Counted from the first letter of the whole stretch, positions 1-12,434 are shown. The stretch: 63,090 nucleotides of DNA, filler included, from Rhabdomonas costata (GCA_019059605.1; 44 parts of 44 records of this genome joined end to end with filler, not necessarily neighbours in it); one strand, 5' to 3'. Numbers and translations are program-made. The notes: a model not told the origin generated them from the sequence alone.

Positions 1-305
1 TTGTTGTTGGTGAAAGGTCTCTGAAGTGGTTGGTGGGTGGGTAGCCTTTGCGCAGGAGATGCTCCTCGCCTCGGGAATCTGAACACCCGATTGCTTTCGT
101 TCGTGGAAAAAAATTTGTGCAAGCGTTGATGCGGAGCGGAACCAAGCAGAACCTCGTGATACACCTGGTTTGCTGAGCCTGCACTCACTCCATTTCTTCC
201 GAGGGGTTTACCTCAAACCCAGCAACAGCAAAACAGCCTTGCGGCTACTCATTTATATAGACGCACATTCACCGCAAACCCTTTTGTATTATGTTCCGTC
301 TCACA

Positions 306-1075
306 GAGAAAGCGGAAGTTTCGCAACAAAACAATCGAAAGAACGCACGCCACAGCTTTTCTTTCTACCTTTATAACCGAAGGGAGAAGCATTCTTGTTC
401 GGTGTGTGAGCCAAAATAATTGCCATCCCAAATGGGGACGGGGACGGTGCTGTCTCGGTATCGCCAAGCTTCCTTTCGGTATAGCTCTGTTTTGCACCAC
501 CATCTCATGCGAGACAAGCAGGAGGCAACCGTTATCCATGGAGGCCCATGAACACGTCAGCAAAAGAAATTGACTCCTCCATGACGAAGGAAAACACCAG
601 AAAAAAACATTACTTGCAGAAAAAAGAAGAGACTAACGTCCTCTCTGGCACCAACAAACATCATAAATCACGTTAAATCACTTCCTTTTCGCCACTTGGA
701 AAACATGACCCCCGAAATTCCCACGTGTTTGACCTAGAAAGCCAGGACAAGTTCGGAGAACATGGCTAGCCTTGCCAACATCCGTTGGGGATTATTTCGG
801 TGCAATGCTCGTGTCCACACACCAAAACGGGGCGGTCAAAGCTGCCGTAGCTACCACTGCCCGGTACTTGACCCAGGTTCGCTCCCAGGGTGCTCTGTAG
901 ACGTTGTGTGCTGCGGCGGGTGAGGGATTTCAACATTCCCAGCAGCAAAGGTGCAGCCGATGGTCGCGATGGTATGACCGAGAAAGCGGAAGTTCCGCAA
1001 CAAAACAATCGAAGAACGCACCTCACAGCTTTTCTTTTTACCTTTGTAAGCGAGGGTAGAAGCATTCTTACTCGG
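306..1075. repeat. Diverged ~97-bp direct repeat (306-402 and 980-1075)
   Basis: gagaaagcggaagtt(t/c)cgcaacaaaacaatcgaa...agaagcattctt(gt/ac)tcgg occurs twice with scattered substitutions. Confidence 0.9.
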
Positions 1076-1337
1076 ACAGGTTACAGATAGCAAGGAAGTA
1101 AGGTGTTGGGCATAGCTTGCACCAAACACCTCCCGAAAGGGTGTTATTTCTCCGGAAAGGGAAAGGTATTTCATCGCTGAGCCGTTATTCAGTGATTTTG
1201 TTCAAAGTGATTGTGGGTGCTAGGTGGGCTACATCTCCAGTGGGATTCAGGGTCATGACATGGGTTCTGAGTAGGGCTTTCTGTCAGGATTGAGGATAGT
1301 TCAGCGAAGCTGACAAATCGAGATGCAACAACAACAA

Positions 1338-1437
1338 NNNNNNNNNNNNNNNNNNNNNNNNNNNNNNNNNNNNNNNNNNNNTTAATTAATTAANNNNNNN
1401 NNNNNNNNNNNNNNNNNNNNNNNNNNNNNNNNNNNNN
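1338..1437. other. Artificial contig-joining spacer (N run, TTAATTAATTAA, N run); first of 43 copies
   Basis: Same spacer recurs about every 1437 nt to 61754; the 12-mer gives stops in all six frames; flanks are unrelated. Confidence 0.99.
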
Positions 1438-2889
1438 GGTTGGGTTGGTTGGTCGTGACTTCGTGTGCGTCAGCGTTCTTCTTCTAATATTCTTGAGTTC
1501 TGAGTCGGAGTATTGGTTTAGGGTTAGGTTTCGGAGTTGTATCGATGGTTCTGAGTTGGGTGGAAGGTTATGAGAAACACTTTATGTTCATCAGTTCACA
1601 ATGTCCTAGATGCTATTCACCTTCTTCAACATGCCTCCGTTACAACATAAAGTGTTTCTTATAAGTATGCCATCTGATATATCGATTTCATCACCCCAAC
1701 TTCATTGAAATGGTTCCGATACGGCTACGCCCAGACACGTTAGTGTCAATGGGGAAGTAGGTAACGACCGAGTGGTAAAAAGAAGATGCATGGTCGCATC
1801 CTCCATGGCGTTCGGATGCTCACTAGGTGTCTTAATCCCAATGCCTCACTGGCTGAGCTCGTGTGCCATGTGGCCCTCATAATGCTCATTAATTTTCCAT
1901 CGCGTTTTCAGCAATTGCTTTCAGCCCACGCAGCTAATGTTGTGCCAATAAAACCTTGCCGTCGATTTGGCATCAAAAAATATTTGACGCCAGAGATCCA
2001 CATGCCTAATCGCCTCTAGACCAATCAGCGTTTAACATAATAATGACCAGCTTCTTTCCAGAGTACACGCTTAAGCGTGACGTTCCACAAAAAAACGTTG
2101 CTACCGAGGACCGGTACGCCATATTCATGTTTTTAATGGCCACAAAGAACGCAATAATCTACATGCGTCAAAAGAAAAAACACCGTACCAGTCGTACATA
2201 AGACAGGCTAAAGCACATTTTGTTTTGCACCCGATGCCGTGAAACGGATCAGAAAGTGACAAGAAAACACGTGGAGATAGTTTTCTAGCGTAAGATGGAG
2301 CGCCATATGAAGAGATAGTCTGAGGTGGGTGGATTATCTAGCAGAACTTAACTTGAAAAATGCTACAGTGCAAAATCATAGATTTGCAAAACAATGTGCA
2401 GTGGAAAGCCCCTCGTTATCTAGTTTGTGCTCCGAGTTTGCGCCATGTCCACAGCGACAACATTTCCAACCAACTGTCTTTTAGCACCCAGCCAAGTGTC
2501 TTGTTCCCTGATCACACGCCTGATCAATGCGATGCTCACCAGTCGTCCAGTCACATCACGCAGCACAAATCGCTCCGAACAGCCCTGATGTAGACGTACG
2601 GCTAACACATACAACTAATGATTGCAGTGGCATATTAAATAAAGAACACCTGGGACGCGCACTGTAACATCAGCTGAGACTCCAGAGACACAAACAGCCA
2701 CACCAGAAGTGACAAAATCCACAACTACAATGCTGTGGGAGGAATAAAGAACAAGAACATAACCACACCTGTGTNNNNNNNNNNNNNNNNNNNNNNNNNN
2801 NNNNNNNNNNNNNNNNNNTTAATTAATTAANNNNNNNNNNNNNNNNNNNNNNNNNNNNNNNNNNNNNNNNNNNNGGTGGTGGGTGTGTT

Positions 2890-3841
2890 TGGGTGTTGGG
2901 GGTGCAGCACGAGAGGGGTCCGGCGTGGAGGTAGCTGTGCCCAGGAGCATGAGCTTGTGGTTTGGTGTGGGGCCAACAGTGGTGAACAGGCCGTCCACGG
3001 GTCGGGCCTTCAGCAGCTTGGGATGCCCTAAACACAGGAACCAACACGGAAAAGTGCATTACGAATTCGGGGTGGGGGTTCGTTCAAGTCACTTATAACT
3101 GCGACGTTTCGATTGGGAAAGCCCTCTGCTGCCTTCACCCTTCGTAAGCAAGCAATTTGATTTCCAAGCTAGCCTCTTTCCATAGGATATTTCCAGCTCT
3201 GTTCAAAGATCGGTTGCTGGCTACGAAAAAAGAGCACGCATGAGGATACAAAAAAGGTACCCATTAATGTTCAAGGGAACCGAGAACGGCAACCCACTCA
3301 AGGGAGCACATAAGGGAACAATTGTGCACTGCGCTGCACTGCACTGCACTGCACTGCATCAAACCCGAGTACCCCGGGTACACGGCCCTTCTTTCAGGCA
3401 CTAGTCTCCGAAATAATGACTCAGCATTACGCTATTCCATGCTGCCTGGATTCACCCACCCACCAGGACCGCCAATGGTCGACACAGAGTCGCGAAAAAT
3501 GGAAGTGGGAACACAGTACAAACATGTAAGTGGTCATACATGGTCTAGGAAACCTCACATGCGCCCAGCACACACACTCGCCGCGGACAACCCAAAAGGG
3601 TACAGAAAGCATGGTACTAACCGAGGACCCCCTAAGTTACACCGTGCCGGCTTTATGTGCTGCCTAACCAGGCCTCAAGTCACACACACAAACCGGCGAG
3701 GGTCTGGGCCGAAGCTGGCACTCCAGTGAGGGCCTCCAGTGCACGCTGCAGGGCCGCCACTGTGGCGTCCGGAGGCAGCGCGACAGAGTGCACGGTGCCG
3801 TTCCACTTCACGCGCAGCGGCACGGTGGCCTCTTCATCCAT
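2890..3841 (-). CDS. N-terminal ubiquitin-like domain protein (UBLCP1/USP14-type UBL), 2 exons, 3' partial
   Basis: Exons 3841-3694 and 3027-~2890 join through a phase-1 GT-AG intron: MDEEATVPLRVKWNGTVHSVALPPDATVAALQRALEALTGVPASAQTLAG-HPKLLK...KLMLLGT; VKW, LTGV and KLMLLGT are typical of this UBL subtype. Confidence 0.75.
3326..3358. repeat. (GCACT)n pentamer microsatellite in the intron
   Basis: gcactgcgctgcactgcactgcactgcactgca; a related reverse-complement tract lies near 39428-39447. Confidence 0.85.
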
Positions 3842-4369
3842 CTCACACACGTACAATAACACCCAAAAGGAAGTTCCCGGCTTTTGTTTGTCAGATGTCA
3901 GAGAAAAGGGAAAAGGGAAAACGACAGGAAAACATCAGCATACTAGAAGATCTGCAAGTTCTTCAGAGAAGCGAGGAGAGATGTTCTGTTGTCGCCAGGG
4001 GTAACACGGGATAAGCGGTGTGCAGCTAAGCTTCTTGCTCCTGCTCATCTGCTCATGGGTTCCCCCGTACTTCAAACAGTGCTAATCCAATATGGATGGT
4101 AACTGCTTATATTTTACTCCACGTGGCGACTTGGTCGCTGCTGCCGCTGTTGCGGTGTCATCCTCTTCAGGAATAGTCAGTTGTTTGACTTCCCGTCTCA
4201 GCCACAACACCNNNNNNNNNNNNNNNNNNNNNNNNNNNNNNNNNNNNNNNNNNNNTTAATTAATTAANNNNNNNNNNNNNNNNNNNNNNNNNNNNNNNNN
4301 NNNNNNNNNNNAAAAAAAAACCTTGGAGATTCGGATGCAGCCACGGAATGGGGTGCAAGGATGGCAAAC

Positions 4370-4528
4370 CTGCTGAACAACCGGGTTACCCAAAGCACGG
4401 CCTGCACAAGCGAAAGCGAATCCACCAACGAGACCAGAAGCAACAGACACACCCAAATGCCACGGCAGCACAACCTCACCAGAGCAGCCCCTTCGGACAG
4501 CACGGACGATCTCCTGGGCAACCCACTC
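4370..4528 (-). CDS. Internal exon, possibly the C-terminal part of a short-chain dehydrogenase/reductase
   Basis: AG|EWVAQEIVRAVRRGCSGEVVLPWHLG...QQ|GT resembles the SDR 'E.VA..IV.AV....EV.LP' tail; no catalytic motif visible. Confidence 0.35.
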
Positions 4529-5486
4529 CTTGCGCAGCACAGGAAAAAGCCCCCGCAGGCGAAACCGAGCGCTGTGCCAAGACAGGGAAAATGCTGCAAC
4601 CGATAGTTTCCAACACCGGAAATTCTAAAGAACACCACAACAACTCCCCCCAACAAAGCAAATAACGCTCCGAATTCTTTGCGAGTGATAACAGTCGAAG
4701 ACCCTTTACAGAGGTAGGGAATTAGGGATTTGAAAAACCCACCCCACTGCTCCTTTTTCCTCATCAAAGATTCCCTCGTGGTGTCTAACCCCGCGTTTTC
4801 GTCTCTTTCAATAAGCAGTTTCTATCATGAGCCCACACCCAGTTTGGTGCACGTCCAGAAAAAAAAATAGAAAACATGAATGCAAATCATGTGAGGGGCA
4901 AAAAGGGAAGGCAAGCTTCTTGGCTTTATGCAGTGCTGCCGGCATTGCTGAAAAAGCCTGTTTTTCTCATTAAAAAAAGAAAACGGGTATTTTTGATATT
5001 TATTGAAATTTCCATAAAAAAATCTTGGTTTTTTAAAACCTTTTTCCTTTGACGGGAAGCCAGAGGTCGATGTGCGGTCACCTCACACAAACCAACCCCT
5101 TGCTGACACGATGCAGGACGCTTAAACCCAAGTGAATCGACCTCTCCGCTCGTTCGCAGGAACCTCAAAGCAGCCGCAAGCCAACACACTGCAACACTGC
5201 AACAACCCACCCCTCCCGTTTTATATCCTGGCATCTCAAAGCTCAAACAACACACACACATACACACGTACCCCTGCCCCCGCCGCCCTCCTCATGCAAT
5301 TGAGCACGATGGAAACCTTGCGAGCACTTTATTTCGGGGGAATTTCGTTCTTTAATGTGTGTTTCAAGAAAGGGGCTCGACAGTTGCGCTTCTGCTTCGT
5401 TACGTTTCCTTATCCACGCAATGCTCATGGCCTGTTTGTCTGTCTGTCTGTCTTACTTTTTTCTTGGAGGGAAAAGTTGCCGACCG

Positions 5487-5534
5487 AGGGATGATGAGGG
5501 ATGATGTTGGAGGGATGATGAGGGATGATGTTGG
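5487..5534. repeat. 24-bp tandem duplication
   Basis: agggatgatgagggatgatgttgg x2. Confidence 0.9.
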
Positions 5535-5583
5535 AGCTTCCCGTCTAAGTTCCCCTGTGCGCTGCTTATCTGTGCGCGTGGTT

Positions 5584-5621
<38 letters not shown>

Positions 5622-7878
5622 GAAAGAGCCAGCCACGGAGCGTTTTNNNNNNNNNNNNNNNNNNNNNNNNNNNNNNNNNNNNNNNNNNNNTTAATTAATT
5701 AANNNNNNNNNNNNNNNNNNNNNNNNNNNNNNNNNNNNNNNNNNNNTTGTTGTTGTTCTTCAATTCGAAAACCCAAATGCACACACTGCAAAAAGGGCAA
5801 AGAGAAAAAGATTGGGGGCAGACCCTTACAAACCGGAAGGCGTCAGTTCCCGGACAAAGAGTACAGAGGATGGAGCCGTGCAAAAAAATCTGCTTTCTTG
5901 GTACTTTATGTCAAGCAAGGTCCACCCCCTGAAGTGCAATTCGGCATACCCTTACCTGCTCTGCAACTCTCATCACACTGCAAAATCGGCGAAAGCCTCT
6001 AGAGCAAAGAACAAAACAGCCCCACAGGGCACTCTGCAAGGAGAAATGACACAAAGGCAAACTTAAATCAACACAACCGAGCAAACACAAGAAACATAAC
6101 CACAGTTAACAGCCCGCAAAAGAATAACCGTCATGGATGACAGACAATAAGTTGACTGTCCGCATACCCGCAACACAAGCAAAAGGGATTGCCTTTGCAA
6201 TGGAAGTAGGTAAACGCACAAAACAACGAAAAAGAAAGAACTACACCAAACGCAAGCAAAGCGAGAAAAACCAGTGCAGAAGAATCAGAGAAAAAAGCAC
6301 ACTGACGGACGCCCTTCTGGTCCATACCTCCCCACCTCCCATACCGCCCCATACCTCGCAGCCCGTGTCCTCGTTTTACCCGTTTCAATTCGCTCTTTTT
6401 CGTTCCTAGCAGCAGAGCACCACATCCAAAAAACCGGGGAAAATGGAGGAGGAAAAATGGGCGGAGGCGTGGTGGGAGGCGAGAGTTGGGAGGCGAAAAC
6501 CTCTGTTAGGTGTTTGCGGTTGTGTGCGCGGAAGCGCTAATCCATGCAGGGAGCAACTTTCGTTCCCTTCGTGTGCATTGACTTTGCTCTTCGAACGGCG
6601 AAAAAAGCCTTTCCTGTGGGTACACAGTGCAATGGCTTCAGTGGACGGAAAGAGAGCCAAAGAAGAGGAGCGGCAGCAGCAACAGCGGCTGCCCAATTCA
6701 AAAGGTCCTTCCAGGGAAGAGGAGGAGTCCTCATACCAAATGAGGAGGAGGGGAGGTGTGTGTTCGTGCGTTTGAGAGAGATAGACAGAGAGCGAAAGCA
6801 ATGAGCCGTGCTTCGGGGGGGGGGCACCTCCAGCCAGGGCTTTCCAGTCCACGCACTACAATTACAACAGAAGGGACAGGAAGAGGGCAGCACCGAGCAA
6901 AACAGACAGTACATGCGCAGAGGGTAGCACAGAGGAAGAGATTGCCAAGGAACTCCGAAAATGAAAAGAGATGAAACAGCAAGCATCCCGAGACACGATC
7001 CATCGCAGAGCATACCAACGAAGCAAGCAACACAGGAAAAAAAAGACCACTAACTCGGCAACGAAAGGAGTCCACAACACAANNNNNNNNNNNNNNNNNN
7101 NNNNNNNNNNNNNNNNNNNNNNNNNNTTAATTAATTAANNNNNNNNNNNNNNNNNNNNNNNNNNNNNNNNNNNNNNNNNNNNTTGTCGTCGGGGGAAAGT
7201 TCTTCCACTGGTTAACGTGATGCGGCCGGACGTGTGTGACGTTTTTGGGATTGGTCGAAAATTGAAAACCACAATAATAAACCCAATAGAATAAACGGGG
7301 ATAATGCTACTTTGTCTTTTCTATTCCTTTTGGTAAAAAAAAATCAGCCGATCTGCCCTTATATCGCCACCAAAATATCCAACGGCAAGACAGGGCATTC
7401 CAAGAAGCTGTTGCGCAAAATCATACGCTAACACACAGACGTCTTCCGGTCCCATCTGTAGAAGGTTTGCAGGAGGTAAGGGGTGATGCACACGGTTTCG
7501 GGGTTATTTCCAGAATGTCTTTGACACACACAGCTCTGTGCAACTATTGTCTGCCTGGTCTAAGGTCGTTAAAATGCTGTCCCCACAACGGGTAATGGAC
7601 AAACTTGGCGGCATCTTTCTTACGCGTTCCACGACTAAAGCAGACCGTCGGGCAGTACAAGATGCAGGAAGCACTAGCACAGTTCAACCACAAGTACAAT
7701 GCATACGAGTACATTACAACGACAACGACACTGTCTCACAACTCGCCAAGAGCATAACAGAGGGTGGATGATTGCAGCGTGTATTTTTTCTAAGCCATAT
7801 ACACCACTCTCCAGACACACAGTGGTGCAACAGGACCCACCTTACCCTCTGAAACCCACGGGTTGTTGTCCCCCTAAA

Positions 7879-8283
7879 TCATTGGGGGACGTAGGTCAAT
7901 CCCAGGTGAATGCTGCCCTTCAGGGTGCCATCGGAGAGTCTAAGGCTGTGCCAACCTTTGAGCTGGGTCTTGGGGTGGGCCCTTAGCGGGGCCAGGGGGA
8001 TCAACACCCGCCCGATCTCGTCGTCCAGCAGGAAGTCCTTGTCCATGATCCACACCTCCAGGGAGCCGTCGGACAGGGGCGCGGTGAGGGGAAAGGTGAA
8101 GCGGGCATCCCACCGCGGATTCAGGTTGTCCTTGATGCACGGGGTTTGCAACGTCCCACTGCTGGAGATGTTGACGCGGAGCCGCACAAACGGGTCACTG
8201 ACGTCGCCGTCTTTCCCGCTGTCCGCGTTCAGCAAGTCCCGAGCCTCGATGACGTCGACCTGAAGCAGGCTCTGCGGCGGCAT
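7879..8283 (-). CDS. Small intronless C2-domain protein (134 aa, complete)
   Basis: LLQVDVIEARDLLNAD...SDPFVRL...TPCIKDNLNPRWDARFTF...LEVWIMDKDFLLDDEIGRVLIPL; Ca2+-binding aspartates retained; ATG at 8283, TGA at 7879. Confidence 0.92.
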   Translation of the reverse strand: MPPQSLLQVDVIEARDLLNADSGKDGDVSDPFVRLRVNISSSGTLQTPCIKDNLNPRWDARFTFPLTAPLSDGSLEVWIMDKDFLLDDEIGRVLIPLAPLRAHPKTQLKGWHSLRLSDGTLKGSIHLGLTYVPQ

Positions 8284-8624
8284 GGTCCCGACGGGGGACG
8301 CGTGCGGTAACCAGATGCGGCGAAAAAAAAGCTGTGCAAAAGAAAGGGGGCTCCCCCACAGCTCCAACTCAGTGAGCCATGAAGACGGTAGAACTTTGGG
8401 CTGCACCGAATACGAATGTTTGACTCTCGCATAAACTAACTCACGTAGAGGCTGCGGGGTGGAACTAGCTTGAAGAAATGCTGATTCTGGGAGATTCAAG
8501 CAATGGTCCACACCACACANNNNNNNNNNNNNNNNNNNNNNNNNNNNNNNNNNNNNNNNNNNNTTAATTAATTAANNNNNNNNNNNNNNNNNNNNNNNNN
8601 NNNNNNNNNNNNNNNNNNNGGGGG

Positions 8625-9792
8625 TGGTGGTCAATGCCGCCAAGGCTCCAGCGGCAAGGATTTTGCGAGAGCCCCTGGTGAGCTGCAGACCCTCTCGAGA
8701 TTTCAGCACAGGCAGTGCTGAGTTCGGGTAGTGAGAGATCCGCTGGTTGAGCAACGCTCGGTCGATAAAGTCGGCAACGGTCCATGACGGGTCGACGTCC
8801 AAAATCGCAGGGGCGCCTTGAGAACCAGCAAAAAAAAAAAAAGCAAGCATTCCCTTTCTCTCTGCGAAGGAATGAAAAAGGGTGCGATGTGAGGGGTTTA
8901 GGCGCGTTTCCGTTACCACCGGAGATTTTACTCACGATGGTGAAGTTGCTCTGGACTGCGTTGATTACTGATTATTGTTCGATTGAGTGCCTTGCCTTCC
9001 TTTCTGATGCAAAATGGAAGCAGAAATTCCCTCCCCGATGAGGGCTCGATCACCGGCTATTCCCTTTGGTTGCTCGATTACCGATAACCGTGGCAGCGGC
9101 GATTATAAAGCAAATTCAAAACACAATTTCCCTTGCCAGTTGCTGATACGATTCATCGATCAGTCGATTATCAATCTTATGGGAGATATCAGTCGGTTTT
9201 ACACTCCCAAACCCTCAAAATCATCTGAGTGCAGCTCAGTTTCGCTTCCCTGGATACAGACCCATCGATTACATTGGGATAACTCGTGCCCAGGTGACAT
9301 TGCTGGCACTTGAGAATTCGGCAGGCTATGATTAAACGCTCCAAAATATTGCAGCTCGAAGCCATTACAAAAACGCCAAAGTCATGTGATAGACAACGAA
9401 CGCTTTCAGGCTCTGGAAGGGGGCCAAAAACACAACCAAAAACGTCATCGGGAAAGAAACAAAGCCGGCACCAACCCCAACTGCAAATGCAGAAACTATA
9501 AACCATTTGGATTTCTACTTACTTCTTACACAGCCAGCTGAAACAACGAGGAGAGAGAGGGACGGAGGGGAAATAACAAGAAAAGGGCGAAAAAGAGGGA
9601 GCTGCGGCGTGCGGCGGACGGTTGCGTGAAACCAGCTTGCGGATCGTCGGGATCAACCGCGAGCGGGTAAGTGGCGGAGTACATCCCCTGATGAGCGGAG
9701 CTCCCGTTGAAGACTGTGAAATTGTTTATGGCACGGTTGCAGCCCGTTGCCAACTTCAGAGCCTCATTCACGCAGGCAGCCGCAACAATGGC
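8625..9792 (-). CDS. UBA3: NEDD8-activating enzyme E1 catalytic subunit-like, C-terminal part, 2 exons, partial
   Basis: Exon 9792-9633 AIVAAACVNEALKLATGCNRAINNFTVFNG...GMYSATY joins in phase 1 to exon 8816-contig end (APAILDVDPSWTVADFIDRAL..., E2-binding region). Confidence 0.75.
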
Positions 9793-11493
9793 CTGCGTGC
9801 CAGCATCCCACGCACACATCCACAAAGAGAACACGCTGGGTACCGTATTTTTCTCCCAATGGGACATCCCCAATCCCAAGCATCGGAGACGGGAGGCCCT
9901 CTGTCGAGACAAAGCCTGCGGGGCTGAAGACCTTGCATTCGGTAATTTTCAAGGAGNNNNNNNNNNNNNNNNNNNNNNNNNNNNNNNNNNNNNNNNNNNN
10001 TTAATTAATTAANNNNNNNNNNNNNNNNNNNNNNNNNNNNNNNNNNNNNNNNNNNNGTGGTGGGTGTGTTTGGGTTTTTTGTTACCCCTTGAGTAGTGTC
10101 ATTGTTCCAGTTCCTTGCCATCTTCGTTCGGGGGTCACTTTTTATTGAGTCCAATCCTAAAGTCTGAAGGGTGCTGAGTTGTGGTTTCTGGGGGAGCAGC
10201 TCAACTCCAAACAAGAGTTCTGCGTTTTCTGTTCTTCGGTTGTCTCTTACAGCTTCGGAACGAAGTTGGCCTCCGTGAAACGGCAGCAAAGTCCGCGAAT
10301 GGGAGGCTAACTTGTGTGTGTGTGTCTGTATGTGAAGGCAGTGAAGGGATGTTCTTCGTCGCCCTCTGCATTCCAGATTCTGATTCCTGTGCTACTGCCT
10401 TTTCCGTCTCTGAGCCGCGAAACGGAAATTATTGCCCTCCTGCTGCGGCCCTTCTTCTGGCTGGCTTACCGCTTCTGTGTATTGGCCGCTGCGCTGCTGT
10501 GTTTACGCGAACCCTTGGCGACGATGTATCCCGTGTCCTGTTTTCAGAGCCCGAGAGAAAAGGAAGGGAGCTGGAGTGGAAATCGGGCGGACCCGCCTGT
10601 GAATTAGTCCGTGGCCCTGGGACTCTGGGTGCATAATTTTGTCCAGCGAAATTGAGTCGATAGCCGGAGGTCGAGCGTGAGCGATCATGATTGATTGATG
10701 ACTGATGATTGATGGTCAGGGAGAGTGTTCTGCAGTCTGACGTATTGGAGTTGGAGGTGCTCAACGGTGGAGCAGTGGCTATAGTCGCGACGAAATTATG
10801 GTCAGAAATCGTTTCTGTGTCTCTCTCAGTCGCCTGGGTTTACCCATCCGAAAGAAAAGCTCCAAGGAAGGAGTGTGGAGTCGCAGAGACCTTAGCAGCA
10901 ATGGAGCAATGCAGATAGCCGCTAAAAAAAGAGCAGCAGCGGACAAAAGGCCCGGGACCCGTGGGGCTGAAGGGAGGTTACCAGATGTGGAACGTTCGGC
11001 GGTGAGCCGGTTCCGGTTCCCCACGGCACCTCTCGCGAGCACTCGTGGCCAACAGCGCGTGCGCCCTTCAGTCCACTGTGGTCACCATCAACCAAGCAAC
11101 CAGTCAACCAAGCAACAGCGAGCGCGCAATGCGCCCAACACACCCACACCCACACACACGCCGCCACCTCCTTGAAGAAAATTACGGTAGTTTACACCGT
11201 AATGAGGGGCTTTTTTTTTTTCGCAAAATGCACGCTGAAATGGCTGAGGACATCAATGGAGTACTTACCTTACAGTACGGTATAATCGATGGCATTATAT
11301 AGTTTGTGACCACTCCAGGATGAAATGCGCCACATGCGTTCCACTGCTTTTCGGAGTAGCTTAGCTCAGCATTTTGCGAAAAAAAAAAAACCCNNNNNNN
11401 NNNNNNNNNNNNNNNNNNNNNNNNNNNNNNNNNNNNNTTAATTAATTAANNNNNNNNNNNNNNNNNNNNNNNNNNNNNNNNNNNNNNNNNNNN

Positions 11494-12434
11494 GGGGTGG
11501 TGGTCAAGGAAAGTGAGGTTTGCTGGGAGATGGGTGAGGTCCACGGTGGAGTTGAGTGAATTAAGGCTGAGCGAGAGCCACTGTAGTCCCTGGGGAAGGC
11601 GGGTCATGTCCAGTCCCGAGGTGCTCCGCAAAAGATTGCTGCTGAGGTCGAGATGCTTAAGCAGGGGCGGAAGATCGCCCAGGTTCAACTGATCCTCCAA
11701 CTTGCAGCTCGAAAGCAGAAGGACCTGCAGGGATGAATGGCCGCATCTTAGGGGTTCACGGTAATTCAAGTGCGGGTTCCCGCTGAGGTCAAGGTAGGCT
11801 AGGGCCGTCCCGGTGCCACACTGGCCAATTTCCCAGTCGAGGGAGTTCAGAGACAAATCGGCGTAACTTAGCCAAGGCGGAAGCTGATCAACCGAGAAAC
11901 TCCCTTGCAACGCGTTGTAGCTAAGGTCAAGAGTTTGCAGGCGCATAGGTAGCATTGAAAAATCCGTGGTCCCGGAGAACATGTTCGAAGACAGCCTCAA
12001 GATTTGCAGCGAGTCGGGGAGATAGGTGAGGTTCACCAAGCCATAGAACTTGCAGTGGCTCAGGTCGAGAGTCTCCAGCTGAGGAGGCAGACCGGTAAGG
12101 TCAAGACTGCCCGTAAGCAACCGATTTCCAGAAAAGGACAAAAACCGAAGCTTTTGTGGCAAAAGGCTCACATCCAGGGTGCCTTGGAACCTGTTTGAGC
12201 TTAAGTTCAGTGTTCGAAGGGACAGTTGACTCAAGGGGAGGAGTGCGTTCTCGTTCAGAAATCCAAAACATTGTTTGCGAGAGAGGTCCAGGCCCACCAC
12301 AAAGCCATTCGCGTCACAGGAGACGCCCACCCATTTCCCCCCGCACGGGGTGGTGCCTGGAAGGGTCCACGAAGAGAGGTCACAAGCAGATAGCCTCGAC
12401 CGGAAATCCAAGAGGGCAATGCGAGAAACATCAC
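11494..12434 (-). CDS. Extracellular-type leucine-rich repeat protein with plant-like N-cap, single long exon, partial
   Basis: tctctag| then DVSRIALLDF...SW...PCGGKWVGVSC cap, followed by about 10 repeats LxxLxLSxNxFxGxLDLTxLP. Confidence 0.92.

Noticed and set aside
1516-1531. TTAGGG-like telomeric seed
   Set aside because: Only one perfect unit within a G/T-rich tract
5487-5534. ATGATGA box C motifs (possible box C/D snoRNA)
   Set aside because: Part of a simple tandem duplication with no suitably placed CTGA box D or terminal stem
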